Positions 1-10,952 of a DNA stretch of 64,000 nt are shown here, in pieces; within the stretch, counting starts at the first letter, position 1; each line of letters begins with the position of its first letter. The position numbers were made by a program, and so were the translations under genes. Source of the DNA: Leucoraja erinacea (lineage: Eukaryota); assembly GCF_028641065.1 (NCBI RefSeq), contig NC_073409.1, forward strand, positions 20,212,001 to 20,276,000, written 5' to 3'. The notes under the pieces were generated by a model that was not told where the DNA came from, made no database searches, and was given only the letters and a program-made list of their open reading frames with translations.

Positions 1-368
1 GGGTAAAATTATGAGGGGAATAGATAGGTCATTTATCCCCAGGGTAGGGGAATACGTTTAAGGTTAACAGAGAAAGATTTAATAGGGACAGCTTTTTCAC
101 ACAGAGCCTGATGGGTATATGGAACGAGCTGTCAGAAGTTGGGTCAGGTACAATAACACCATTTAGACAGTAACATGAAACGTTGAGAGGGATATTGTTC
201 AAATCGGGATAAAGGGACTAGCGTAGATGGGGCATCTTGGTCAGAATTAACGAGTTGGGCCAAAAGGCCTGTCATGTGCTATCAGACTCTGACTGATTTG
301 CAGAGTACTTCCAGCAAATTGTTCCAGTTTCGGCATTCACAAAAGTGTGCTTTAGTAAAAGTACAAAC

Positions 369-505
369 CTGTTTGACACAGTCTCCAAAATCATTTCAGA
401 TACACTGCATTGAGCAGGGATCAAATCCTGGAGAAATTTTGAATTCTGCTGGAACAGTCTATCCTTAAAACTTTTAATAGTCGATGTTTTTAGAAATTCA
501 AACAC
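369..505 (-). CDS. FANCI: FANCI coding exon 11 (VFEFLKTSTIKSFKDRLFQQNSKFLQDLIPAQCSVSEMILETVSN..); gene continues left of window
   Basis: 137 nt, tttttag acceptor, AG|gtttgt donor; LKTS..KSFKD....SKFLQ conserved. Confidence 0.94.
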
Positions 506-3500
506 CTAAAAAGAAAAATAAACAAAATCATCAACAAAATCTACCTCCCATAAATGTAAATCCTGTGCACACTTTAGCCATGTCAGCAACGAGCTTTGTT
601 CAATTAAGTTCAGATAACCAATGTTGAAGATTGTAGATATTTTTAATTATCTTGGAATTAACAAGTGTAAACAGTAGAATTGCACAATTGAAAGCAAAAC
701 AATTCCTGATATCATGTTCAATTATGGCTCAATGTCACCAAGGCCATGAAACTGAAATAGATTGCCAATCTGAACCGTCACCTATCCATGTTCTCCAAGA
801 ATGCTACCTGACCCGCCGAGTTACTCCAGCACTGTGTCGCTTCCCCAGAAACGGATCATTGACTTCAGAAAGGGGACGTCAGGAGACCAAACGCCAGTTT
901 TCATCAGTGGGCCGGGAGTGGAGAGTGTTAGCAGCTTTAAATTCCAGGGAGTTAACATCTCGGATGACACGTATTGAGCCCAGCACATAGATGTAATCAT
1001 GCAGGCACGGAAATCGCTATCAAAACATGAGGGGGGGTCCGGGGGTACACAATTTTTTGGCGGCCACGCGGGCATGCGCACACTCTCACACACACGCACG
1101 CGAGGCTTCGGAGGCCGCAGGCCCTGTGGACAATGCTTTCGTCTCGCTGCTACTAACAGGAAGGAAGTACAGAAGCCTGAAGTCCCTCATCACCAGGTTC
1201 AAGAATAGATACTTTCCTACAATCTTTATGTTCTTGAACCAACTTGTACAACCCTAATCCTACTTTGACAACGGGGCGTTAGACACCTCTTACACAACTT
1301 ACTTTTTTTCTAGTTGTGTTTTGCGCTTTCTCTTTGCAATCTATTCTTTTCACTGTTCTTACAGGATTTGTGCCATTTATGTGTAATTTATGTCTTTGTA
1401 TGTTGTCTGAGTCTATGTTCCACTGATTCTGTTGTACGCTCAATTTTCATTGTACTTGTACCTCACCGTATTTGTGCTCATGACAATGAACGACTTTACC
1501 TCAATCCCAATTTGCATTGCAAAGCAGATAAACCCAGACTTTCTATCTTGACAACATTCATGCTGTATTATGGTGGCTAATTTATTCCATCTATTTCATA
1601 TTTTATTCATATTTTATTAATCTGGATACAAAACGACAGTGCGCAGAGTTCTAACGCTATTTAAATGTAGTCAAATAAATAAATGAAATCTTGAGGAAAG
1701 CAGGGGAATATTAAAACAAAGATATTTGCCTGTGTAGAATCATTCTATTCTCGCTGTACAGTAACCATCTGATAAATCAGATAAACAGACTGAATAACTA
1801 GGATTATTAAGCAACCTCATTCACTGCTTCCAATTGGACTATAACATATTACGGCCCAATGGATTATTGGCACTTTATTTCACATGCACCTCGATACAGT
1901 AAAAGTCTAATGAAAGATCCCGATTTCTTGATTAGTACGGATGTCAGGAGTTATGGGGCGAAGGCAGGCGAAAGGGGTTAGGAGTGAGAGATAGATCAGT
2001 CACGATTGAATGGCGGAGTAGAGTTGATGGGCCGAATGGCCTAATTCTGCTCCTATCACTTATGGCCCAAAACATCACCTATTCATATTCTCCAGGGATG
2101 CTGTCTGACCGGCTAAGTTACCCCAGCACTTTGTATCTTTGTTTGTAAACCAACATTTGCAGTTCCTTGTATGCACAGTGAAATTCTTAAGAACAATCAG
2201 ACAGAAGTGTAATAGTTGTAATGTTAGATCAACGGACTTCATAGAGACAGCACACAGAGTCACCACGCTTCCCTTCAACTTCTTAATAGTACAGTCTTAT
2301 CTTGGCCTTTTCAAAGGTGATTTCAAAATATTAATTCAGAATGTAGTGAATCGTACCATTCAAAATGTAACTAATTGACATAAAATTTGTTTCTCTTGTA
2401 ATTCTGGGAGAAGATCAGCTAAGCAATGAGGATTAAGGCCCATGAGTTCCAACTCAAGATTCCAACAACAACAATATCAGAGGCGAAACGCAAATTGGAA
2501 GAACAGCATCTCATATTTCGCTTGGGCAGCTTACAGCTCAGTGGTGTGAATATTGATTTCTCTAACTTCAGGTAGCCCTGGCAATCCCTCTTTCTCAATC
2601 CCTCCCCAACTTCTCATTTTCACCCTGCAAACAGCTTACAATGGCCTGTTTCCTTTATCATCATTACTTTTTTGCATATCTTTCTTTCATTGTTCTTTAT
2701 TCCTCCACATCATCATCCATATCTCTTGTTTCCCTTATTCCTAACCAGTCTGAAGAAGAGTCGACCCGAAACGTCACCCATTCTTTTTCTCCATAGATGC
2801 TGCCTGTCCAGATTTTTGTTTCCATCTCCTGCCCAATACTCCACTGTGAATGACAGACAAAGTACCAGGCACTTCATAGCAAATTCAGAGAGTTTCTGCC
2901 CAGCTGTTATCAGGCAGCTGAACCATCTTACCAACAACTAGAGAGCAGTCCTGAACTACTATCTACCTCATTGAAGATTCTCGGACTAACTTTGATCGGA
3001 CTTTACCTTGCACTAAAGGTTATTCAAGTTATTCCCTTTATCATGTATCTGTACACTGTGGATGGCTCGGTTGTAATCATGTATTGTCTTTCCAGTGACT
3101 GGTTAACACGCAACAAATGCTTTTCAATGTACCTCGGTACACCTGACAATAAACTAAACTCAAACTGGCCTTACACAAGTAATCACGGACATTAACCTCA
3201 TAACTGTGATCCCACAACTCAGAGAACAGAGATTGTGGTGTGCGTGTTGGGCAGAAGGTGAGACAGGGACATCAAAAAAGGACTGTGGAGAGGATAACAG
3301 ATAATGGGAATGGTGATGGGAAGGGGTTAGAGATGATCTGGGTGAACAGTGGAACTTTAGCATGGCCTGGGAATACTTTTTAATTAATTTCTAGACCTAT
3401 ATCCTTGACATCACTAATCTAATGTCTAACGTTATGATGATTCAGTGTGAATATAAGATTCGTTGTCTGCTCTCAACTCAAGTAGATTTTAAGTTAAACA

Positions 3501-3524
3501 ATTAATTACTCAAAATAAACGTAC

Positions 3525-3617
3525 CTGATCCTCAAATCGGTGTATCCTTGCTACCGAAAGCAAGAGAGCAATACTAAAAGAGCAGAGAACCAAACTAGTG
3601 TCCCCTTGCTGCCCAGC
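3525..3617 (-). CDS. FANCI: FANCI coding exon 10 (AGQQGDTSLVLCSFSIALLLSVARIHRFEDQ)
   Basis: 93 nt, gtctag acceptor, CAG|gtacgt donor; FSIALLLSV.RI.RF conserved. Confidence 0.95.
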
Positions 3618-3729
3618 CTAGACAGGGGACAAACATAAAACAAGGCTTTTATTAGTCAGAACAATTTTACTTCATTTTAAATACATAAATAGAATTTTGT
3701 CGGAAAACCCTATTTTTCTCCAACATTTT

Positions 3730-4397
3730 TGTTCCTTGAAGGTGGCGTCACAGGTAGATAGAGTGGTCAAAAAAAGCTTTAGGCACATTGGCCGTCGTAA
3801 CTCACAGTAGTGAGTTCAGAGGTTGGGTGGTCATGTTGCAGTTACATAAGATGTTGGTGAGGCCGCATTTACAGTACTGTGTTCAGTTCTGGGCACCATG
3901 TTATAGGAAAGATGTTATTCAGTTGGAAAGGGTGTAAAGAAAATTTAGAAGGATTTTGCCAGGACTCGTGGGTCTGAGCTATTGGGAAAGTTTGAGCAGG
4001 CTCTATTCCTTGGAGCGCAGGAGGATGAGGGATGAACATATAGAGGTGTATAAAATCAAGAGAGGAATAGATCGAGTAGATGCACAGAGTCTCTTGCCCA
4101 GAGTAGGGGAATCAAGAACCAGAGGACGTAGGTTTAAAGCGAAGGGGGGAAAGATTTTATAGGAATCTGAGGGGTAACTTTTACCACACAAAGGATAGTG
4201 GGTATATTGGACGAGCTGCTGAAGGAGGTATTTGAGGCTGGGACTATTGCAATGTTTAAGAAGCAATTAGGCAGGTACATCGATAGGACAGATTTTGAGA
4301 AATATGGGTCAAGCGCAAGCAGTGTAAATGGGACAAGTTGGTCAGTGTGGGCAAGTTGGGCCAAAGGTCCTGTTTCCATACTGTATGATTCTATGTC
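3730..4397 (+). mobile_element. CR1 LINE 3' fragment (others at about 1-290, 8480-8715, 11261-11795, 11850-12175, 12960-13335)
   Basis: LYSLERRR..RTRG..LWN-type CR1 ORF2 C-terminal peptides and 3'UTR. Confidence 0.85.
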
Positions 4398-5523
4398 TCT
4401 ATTTTTTTTTGTCCAGTTGATGCAGGGAACCTGCTGGCACCAGAGCGACTATTAATACCCCATAAAAATTATAATTCAAAGAAACGAGACATCAGTGACG
4501 TTAAAAGAAAAATTGCATATGGTGAAAGAGAAAGACACTGTAAATACCATATGCAGTGGATGAGGTAAGACAAGGTGCACATGGACCTCTGTCTCACATA
4601 GAAATTAGGTGCAGGAGTAGGCCATTCGGCCCTTCGAGCCTGCACCGCCATTCAATATGATCATGGCTGATCATCCAACTCAGTATCCCGTACCTGCCTT
4701 CTCTCCATACCCATAAATCCCCTTAGCCACAAGGGAAAACATCTAACTCCCTCCAAAATATAGCCAATGAACTGGCCTCAACTACCCTCTGTGGCAGAGA
4801 GTTCCAGAGATTCACCACTGGCACCTGGAAGGACTGCCGAGATCTCTGGACAGAGGCGAGCGAGGAGATATATGGACAGGTGGTTGCAGGGGAAACTACC
4901 TGAGAGGGGGTGGTTTGGGTGGGATGGGATGAGTGAACCAAGGAGTTGCAGAGCGATCCATCTCTGTGGAAGGCAGAAAGAGGTGGGGATGGGAGGAAGT
5001 GACTGGGTGTGGGATGAACATTGAATTCACCAATTTCAGGTTACTAACCTACAAACAGCACCTCCTTTACCCCCACTCTTTCCTGCACCCCATATAGATT
5101 CACACCTGATTCTCCCCTTCCCCCTCTATAAGCATTCCTTCACAATTCGCATCTCTTACATACTTACCTTGCACTTGTTGTCTTTTTATCTCTGGCCTTT
5201 GTCCAACCATCTGCCTATCAAACCACCCCTCACTTGGTTGTATCCACCTATCACCTGCCAGGCTGTGTCCTGCCCCCACCTCTCTTCCAGCCTCCACCCT
5301 AAACCAACTCGCTGCACAAATTCAAGTTCAACCAGAGTCTCCAAACTGCAAACAGTTTCTGTATTCATCTCCTCTCTCATTTGCAATCTGAAGATTTTTA
5401 AATCCTATTCCAACATTACCTTTGTTGTTTCATCTCAAATGTTTCACAAGCTTAATGGTGTACTGCACAGCTGCCATTATATATTTTGGCAATAACGATA
5501 AAGCAGAAACGAGACCAACGGAC

Positions 5524-5656
5524 CTTCAGATATTTGATGAGTTCACGGCCCAGGTCATGGTCCAATTTGATAGCAAACACAATGTGAAGAATGATGGTTC
5601 CCTCTACATGACGGAGCTGATCTTTTGGCACAGAGGCAGCCTCCAACTCCATGGAC
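5524..5656 (-). CDS. FANCI: FANCI coding exon 9 ([44 protein letters not shown])
   Basis: 133 nt; [19 protein letters not shown] identical to FANCI motif; AG/GT boundaries. Confidence 0.96.
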
Positions 5657-6129
5657 CTTGAAAACAAAGCACAACTCAGCACGTTAAAAGGAACAGTGAA
5701 GCAATTTAGAGAATAGGAAAACCAGAATTTTGATAATAACCTAGTTAATAATGAAATATTTTATGTATTTTATTAAGTAAAGATTAATTTGGGTTTTGGG
5801 TTCTGAGTAAATGAAAGCTTTGAAATTTGGGTTCTGTGGAAGGGCAGGGTTATCAGTAAATTGGAGGCCAGCATTCAAACTGCATCCAAGCTGCTTCCTG
5901 TTGTGCCCAAGCAAAATATATTGACAATGGTGAGAGGGGATGTACTTGCTGAGAAGGTTCTGGCTTCTGTAAACACAAGCCTTGGGAGAGGATGAGCTTC
6001 CTGAGAAAGTGGTATTGTCTAATAGCAGGAACTTCTGTGGGCAACTGATAAGGATCCTTACATTGTTTAAGAAGGTACTGCAGATGATAGACCTTTGACT
6101 AACTTCCTGTTATTTGGGGGTTTTGTAAC

Positions 6130-6999
6130 TAAACCGGTAGGCGGCGCGGCTCTGGCCAGCAGCGGCCTCTGCAGTCTGTCCGCGTTTTTATTATTTTCTG
6201 TCTGTGCTTTAATGTAGTTTTTGTTATTTTTTGTCCAACATGTGTGTGTGGGGGGGTGGGGGGGGGGTGGGAAGTGGGGGGAAGCTTTTTAAATGTCTCC
6301 CTGCACTGGAGACCCGACCTTTTTCTCGTCGGGTTCCGTTGTCGTTGAGGCCGCAACGAGGAGCGGCCTCCAACAGGAAGAAGCCGGGGACTCAGGTGCC
6401 GACTCACCGTTGCCGTCGCGGAGCTGGCCGAGACCGGAGCGGTGGAGGAACGCTGCTGCTGCTGCTGCTGCTGCTGCTGCCGATGCCGCTGCTGAGTCGG
6501 GGGCTGCTGCTGCGGGTCTGCGGACAGCGGCGCCGGGAGCCCGCGGCTCCCTGGAGAGAGACCGCTTTTCGGGGCTCCTGCAACGGAGAATTCTCCCGCC
6601 CGAGTTGCGGGGTTGGGGAGCTCCTGGAGCGGGGCCTCACTACACCGCCCCGCGCGGCTGGAATGGCCGCGGGTACTTGCGAGCGCACACTGGGGGCTCC
6701 AACACCAAGACCCGGTGTGCGACCTCGCACCACCCGGCGTGGCTTCAATGGCCGCGGGACAATCGCCATCGCCAGCCGGGGGCTATGACTTTGACTCTGA
6801 CATCGGGGGGGGGAGAGTGCAGTGGAGAGATAAGGTTTTTTTGGCCTTCCATCACAGCTATGTGATGGATGTTTATGTAAAATTGTAATTATGTTGTGTC
6901 TGGGTCTATTTGTGTGTAATGTATGGCTGCAGAAACGGCATTTCGTTTGGACCTCTAGGGGTCCAAATGACAATTAAATTGACTCTTGACTCTTGACTC
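6130..6999 (+). mobile_element. GC-rich non-autonomous retroelement with (CTG)n tract and (GACTCTT)n tail
   Basis: Ends in hairpin TTTGGACC-7nt-GGTCCAAA, ATGACAATTAAA and tandem tail, resembling the Rex1-type 3' end at about 62110. Confidence 0.55.
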
Positions 7000-7836
7000 T
7001 AAAGTTTGTGATCGATATAACCATAGCATGAGAAGTATTGTATTAGTGACAAGCATGCTTTGAATGGGTAGAGCTGTGATTGATATGTTAGACGTCATTG
7101 CTGCAATTTTGTATGAACATGTGACTGTTTCCAAAACAGTATAAAAGATGGTGTATGTCTTCATTCATTAGAGTGATGGCCGGGGAGGAGTTAAGTATCT
7201 GCTGTATGCTTGACTTTGTATCTCCTAGCACTCTCTAGCTAAATGATCATTTATGCTTGTATTGGTTTTACCTAACTTATTGTAGTTGGCTGTTTTAAGA
7301 AAATGAACCTTAACAATGTCTGCAATAGTTATGAGGCTAAGCAGAAAGAGAGAGGGTATGTGTTGAATGTGGTGGGAAAGTAACAAGTGATTGCACTTTA
7401 TCTCCATCAAGTCATTCACCGTGTAAGGAGAGCATCATACTCAGATTTTTTTTTAAATTTAGTTTAGAGGTACAGCGCGGAAACAGGCCACTCGGCTCAC
7501 TGAGTCCGCAACGACCAGCGATCCCCTACACTAACACTATCCTACACACACTGAGGACAATTTACAATTTTACCAAGCTAATGAACCTATAAACCTGTAC
7601 GTCGTTGAATTGTGGGAGGAAACCGGAGCACCAGGGAAAACCCACGCAGGTCACGGGGAGAACAAGAATGTACAAACTCCGCACGGACAGCACCCGTAGT
7701 CAGGATCGAACCCGGGTCTCTGGCGCTGAAAGGCAGCAACTCTACCACTGCGCCAACATGTACTATGCTCGCGGTCTTGATAACAAAGGTAGACATCAAC
7801 CTTTAAATGGTTAAGTGAGAAATAGTTAAAACTCAC

Positions 7837-7922
7837 TCAGTTCCCATCTGTTCTTCTTTTTGCAACTGATCCTGCTGATGGAAAAATTTTATGATTCCTT
7901 CCAAAAGAATTTTCTTACAGCC
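7837..7922 (-). CDS. FANCI: FANCI coding exon 8 (GCKKILLEGIIKFFHQQDQLQKEEQMGTE)
   Basis: 86 nt, taacag acceptor, GA|gtgagt donor; similar to human GSRKSVLEGIIAFF. Confidence 0.93.
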
Positions 7923-8089
7923 CTGTTAAGAATAAGAGAAATAATCACTAAAGTGCACTGACCGTTTTAATTTTTCAATTCCAACTGCAACGCTTTGAAT
8001 ATAATCATCCCACCACAAATCCCAAGCATCATCGTGAAGGACTTGTGTCATCGTCAATCTTAGATTGCCACACAACACCACCACCTTAC

Positions 8090-8213
8090 CTTGGCAGAGA
8101 GGAGGAGTAACTGGTAGACAAGTGGAGGAAGCTCCTGCAGATCCAACCTGGGAAACATCTTCTCCACTTTCATCATAACAAACTGAAGCTCTTCTGTACT
8201 GACAGGTACATCT
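8090..8213 (-). CDS. FANCI: FANCI coding exon 7 (DVPVSTEELQFVMMKVEKMFPRLDLQELPPLVYQLLLLSAK)
   Basis: 124 nt, ctgtag acceptor, AAG|gtaagg donor; LQE.PPLVYQLL motif. Confidence 0.96.
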
Positions 8214-8316
8214 CTACAGGAATGGGAGTGAACAAGAATGGCCATAGTGTTTATTTAATGAGGAGATGATTATTAAAATGAAGTGATTAAGCTGTTCAAA
8301 TCAGACAAATTTTAAC

Positions 8317-8358
8317 CTGAACATGGATGCGAGGTGAATCACACATTTCGGATCCCAC
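8317..8358 (-). CDS. FANCI: FANCI coding exon 6 (WDPKCVIHLASMFR)
   Basis: 42 nt, tttttcag acceptor, AG|gttaaa donor; similar to human WDQQYVIQLTSMFK. Confidence 0.92.
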
Positions 8359-8729
8359 CTGAAAAATATTCAAAACATTTACATTTCAAAAATGTAGTCA
8401 CACCATTCATCTAGCCAAGAAGAATTCCAAGAAACTGTTTAAACACAAAAGCATTATAGCAATGTTATATTACAAGGTTATATAGGAATCTTTTCACACA
8501 AAAGCTGGTGGATGCATGAAATAGGCTGCCGACGGAGGTAATTGAGGCTGGGATTAACCCAACGTTTAAGAAGTATTACCGCAGGTACATGGATAGTACA
8601 GGGTTTTGAGGGATATGGGCTACACTCAGGCAAGTGGAACTAGTGTAGATGGGGCATGTTGGTCAGTGTGAGCAAGTTGGGCCAAAGGGCCTGTTTCCAT
8701 TCTGTTTGACTCTATAGCTCGTACAACAG

Positions 8730-9235
8730 CTGAAGTTCCCACAGCACATTGCCACGACCACCCACAGGCCAGATATCCTCCAAAAACATCGTCTTGTTGG
8801 AACTGACAGTGCCGTGGGAGGACCATCTGGAGGAGGCCCACGAGAGGAAGATGGCCAAGTATGAAGAGCTGGTCATAGGCTGCCGCAAGCAGGGCTGGAA
8901 GGCAAGGTGCATTCCCATCGAGGTTGGCTGCAGAGGTTTTGCTGGGCAATCGCTCCACAAAGCCTTGAGCGCACTGGGCATCAACGGAGTGGCAAGGAGA
9001 AGGACCATCTAGAACACCACAAAGGCAGCGGAGAAGGCCTCGAGATGGCTATGGATCAGGAGAGAAGGTCCATGGGGAGGAGCGAATGCCACCTAAACAC
9101 AAGTCGTGGTCTGATCAACCACGACTGGGTCGCCTGGGTGAGGGTGTCTGATGTTGAAAGACCCGAAACACCCAATGACCCCAGGTTACATCACTGATGA
9201 TGTGTTCAGGAGCATCTATAGATGTATTTGCATCA
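8730..9235 (+). mobile_element. 3' fragment of a restriction-like-endonuclease non-LTR retrotransposon (HERO/R2-group-like)
   Basis: VLLELTVPWEDHLEEAHERKMAKY..IEVGCRGF motif typical of RLE domains. Confidence 0.75.
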
Positions 9236-9824
9236 ATACTCCATTTCTAGGCTGAATCAGTAGGCTCTCAGATGGACACAAAATGCTGCAGTAACTCAGC
9301 AGGACAGGCAGCATCTCTGGAGATAAGGAATGGGTGACATTTCAGGTCGAGACCCTTCTTCAATCAGTAGACTCTCAGTTGAGTTAGTCCTTGCATGACA
9401 CTAAACCAATTGTGGAAACAGCAATTGGACTATGTATCAGGGAGCTCCTGTAATGATTAGTCTATAGTTACTCCTTTTACATATTGTTTCTGCACATGCT
9501 GAATAAAACAGAGACAGATCTCCTCGGGCATTTTGAGAGCAATTACCCACCATTCAAATTACTGAATGGTACTGAATGCTCCTGCAACGTTGCCCTGGAG
9601 TTAATGGTGTTTTTGGAACAGTACTGCAAATTATACCAGGGTTTGAGATTTACAGAAAATGCTGCTGATTAACATTTTTTTAATTGTCTTAAATTAACAA
9701 AAACCTCAAGTACAATAGATTCAATTATTAGGTGGCTAATTGCTTCTCAGTTAAATATCAAATTTCCTAAAATAATTCCATCTAGATGTAGTATTTCCGT
9801 ATAGCCAGACATGTTGCTACTTGC

Positions 9825-9882
9825 CGACTGGAGCAGAGAGTATTTATCACTTGCTTCTTGTATTCTTCACCACACAACTGAC
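9825..9882 (-). CDS. FANCI: FANCI coding exon 5 (GQLCGEEYKKQVINTLCSSR), GC donor
   Basis: 58 nt; ttttgccag acceptor; the only in-frame donor is CG|gcaagt; similar to human [20 protein letters not shown]. Confidence 0.92.
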
Positions 9883-9999
9883 CTGGCAAAACATACACAG
9901 AATAAAAACAATGTAATGTTATACATAACAAGCAGCAATAATCCCTTAAAGGTAGATCATTCAAATAACAATAAAGTTTTACGCAGGATTATGGTACAT

Positions 10000-10763
10000 A
10001 ACCATATAATATAACCATATAACAATTACAGCACGGAAACAGGCCATCACGGCCCTACATGTCCATGCCGAACAAATTTTTTTCCCCTTAGTCCCACCTG
10101 CCTGCACTCATACCATAACCCTCCATACCCTTCTCATCCATATGCCTATCCAATTTATTTTTAAATTATACCAATGAACCTTCCTCCACCACTTCCACTG
10201 GGAGCTCATTCCACACCGCCACCACTCTGCGTAAAGAAGTTCCCCCTCATATTACTCCTAAACTTCTGTCCCTTAATTCTGAAGTCATGTCCTTTTGTTT
10301 GAATCTTCCCTATTCTCAAAGGGAAAAGCTTGTCCACATCAACTCTGTCTATCCCTCTCATCATTTTAAAGACCTCTATCAGGTCCCCCCCTTAACCTTC
10401 TGCGCTCCAGAGAATAAAGACCTAACTTATTCAACCTATCTCTGTAACTTAGTTGTTGAAACCCAGGCAACATTCTAGTAAATCTCCTCTGTACTCTCTC
10501 TATTTTGTTGACATCCTTCCTATAATTGGGTGACCAAAATTGTACACCATACTCCAGATTTGGTCTCACCAATGCCTTGTACAATTTTAACATTACATCC
10601 CAGCTTCTATACTCAATGCTCTGATTTATAAAGGCTAGCATACCAAAAGCTTTCTTTACCACCCCATCTATATGAGATTCCACCTTCAAGGAACTATGCA
10701 CGGTTATACCCAGATCCCTCTGTTCAACTGTATTCTTCAATTCTCTACCATCTACCATGTACA
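10000..10763 (-). mobile_element. CR1 LINE 3' fragment; same subfamily at about 25446-25945(-) and 44190-45402(+)
   Basis: LYKALVRPNLEYGVQFWSP; (AACCATAT)n tail on the plus strand. Confidence 0.9.
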
Positions 10764-10798
10764 TGCTTCACTTCATGCAGTTAACTAACTTTGCCTAC

Positions 10799-10952
10799 CT
10801 TCACCATAGCTCAGGCTTTCTTGAGAGGCCAGAACTGTAAGTATCGTAGGGAAGAGATCGAGCGATTTGCCATTCATAATGCTGCCTCCTTTTATGGCAT
10901 CAACATACAGGCTTGCCAGTTCAGCCAGAGTAGCTCCAGGCAAGTGATGAGC
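10799..10952 (-). CDS. FANCI: FANCI coding exon 4 (AHHLPGATLAELASLYVDAIKGGSIMNGKSLDLFPTILTVLASQESLSYGE-G)
   Basis: 154 nt, ttttag acceptor, G|gtaggc donor; AHHxPG..NGKSL conserved. Confidence 0.95.

Noticed and set aside
6231-6973. Three overlapping 185-190 aa ORFs with poly-Leu/Ala/Ser
   Set aside because: By-product of a GC-rich repeat with a CTG tract; no recognisable domain; lies in a FANCI intron
9140-9175. CTGATG..CGAAAC resembling a hammerhead core
   Set aside because: Reads CTGATGT rather than CUGANGA, has no stem II, and the flanks pair directly as a simple hairpin
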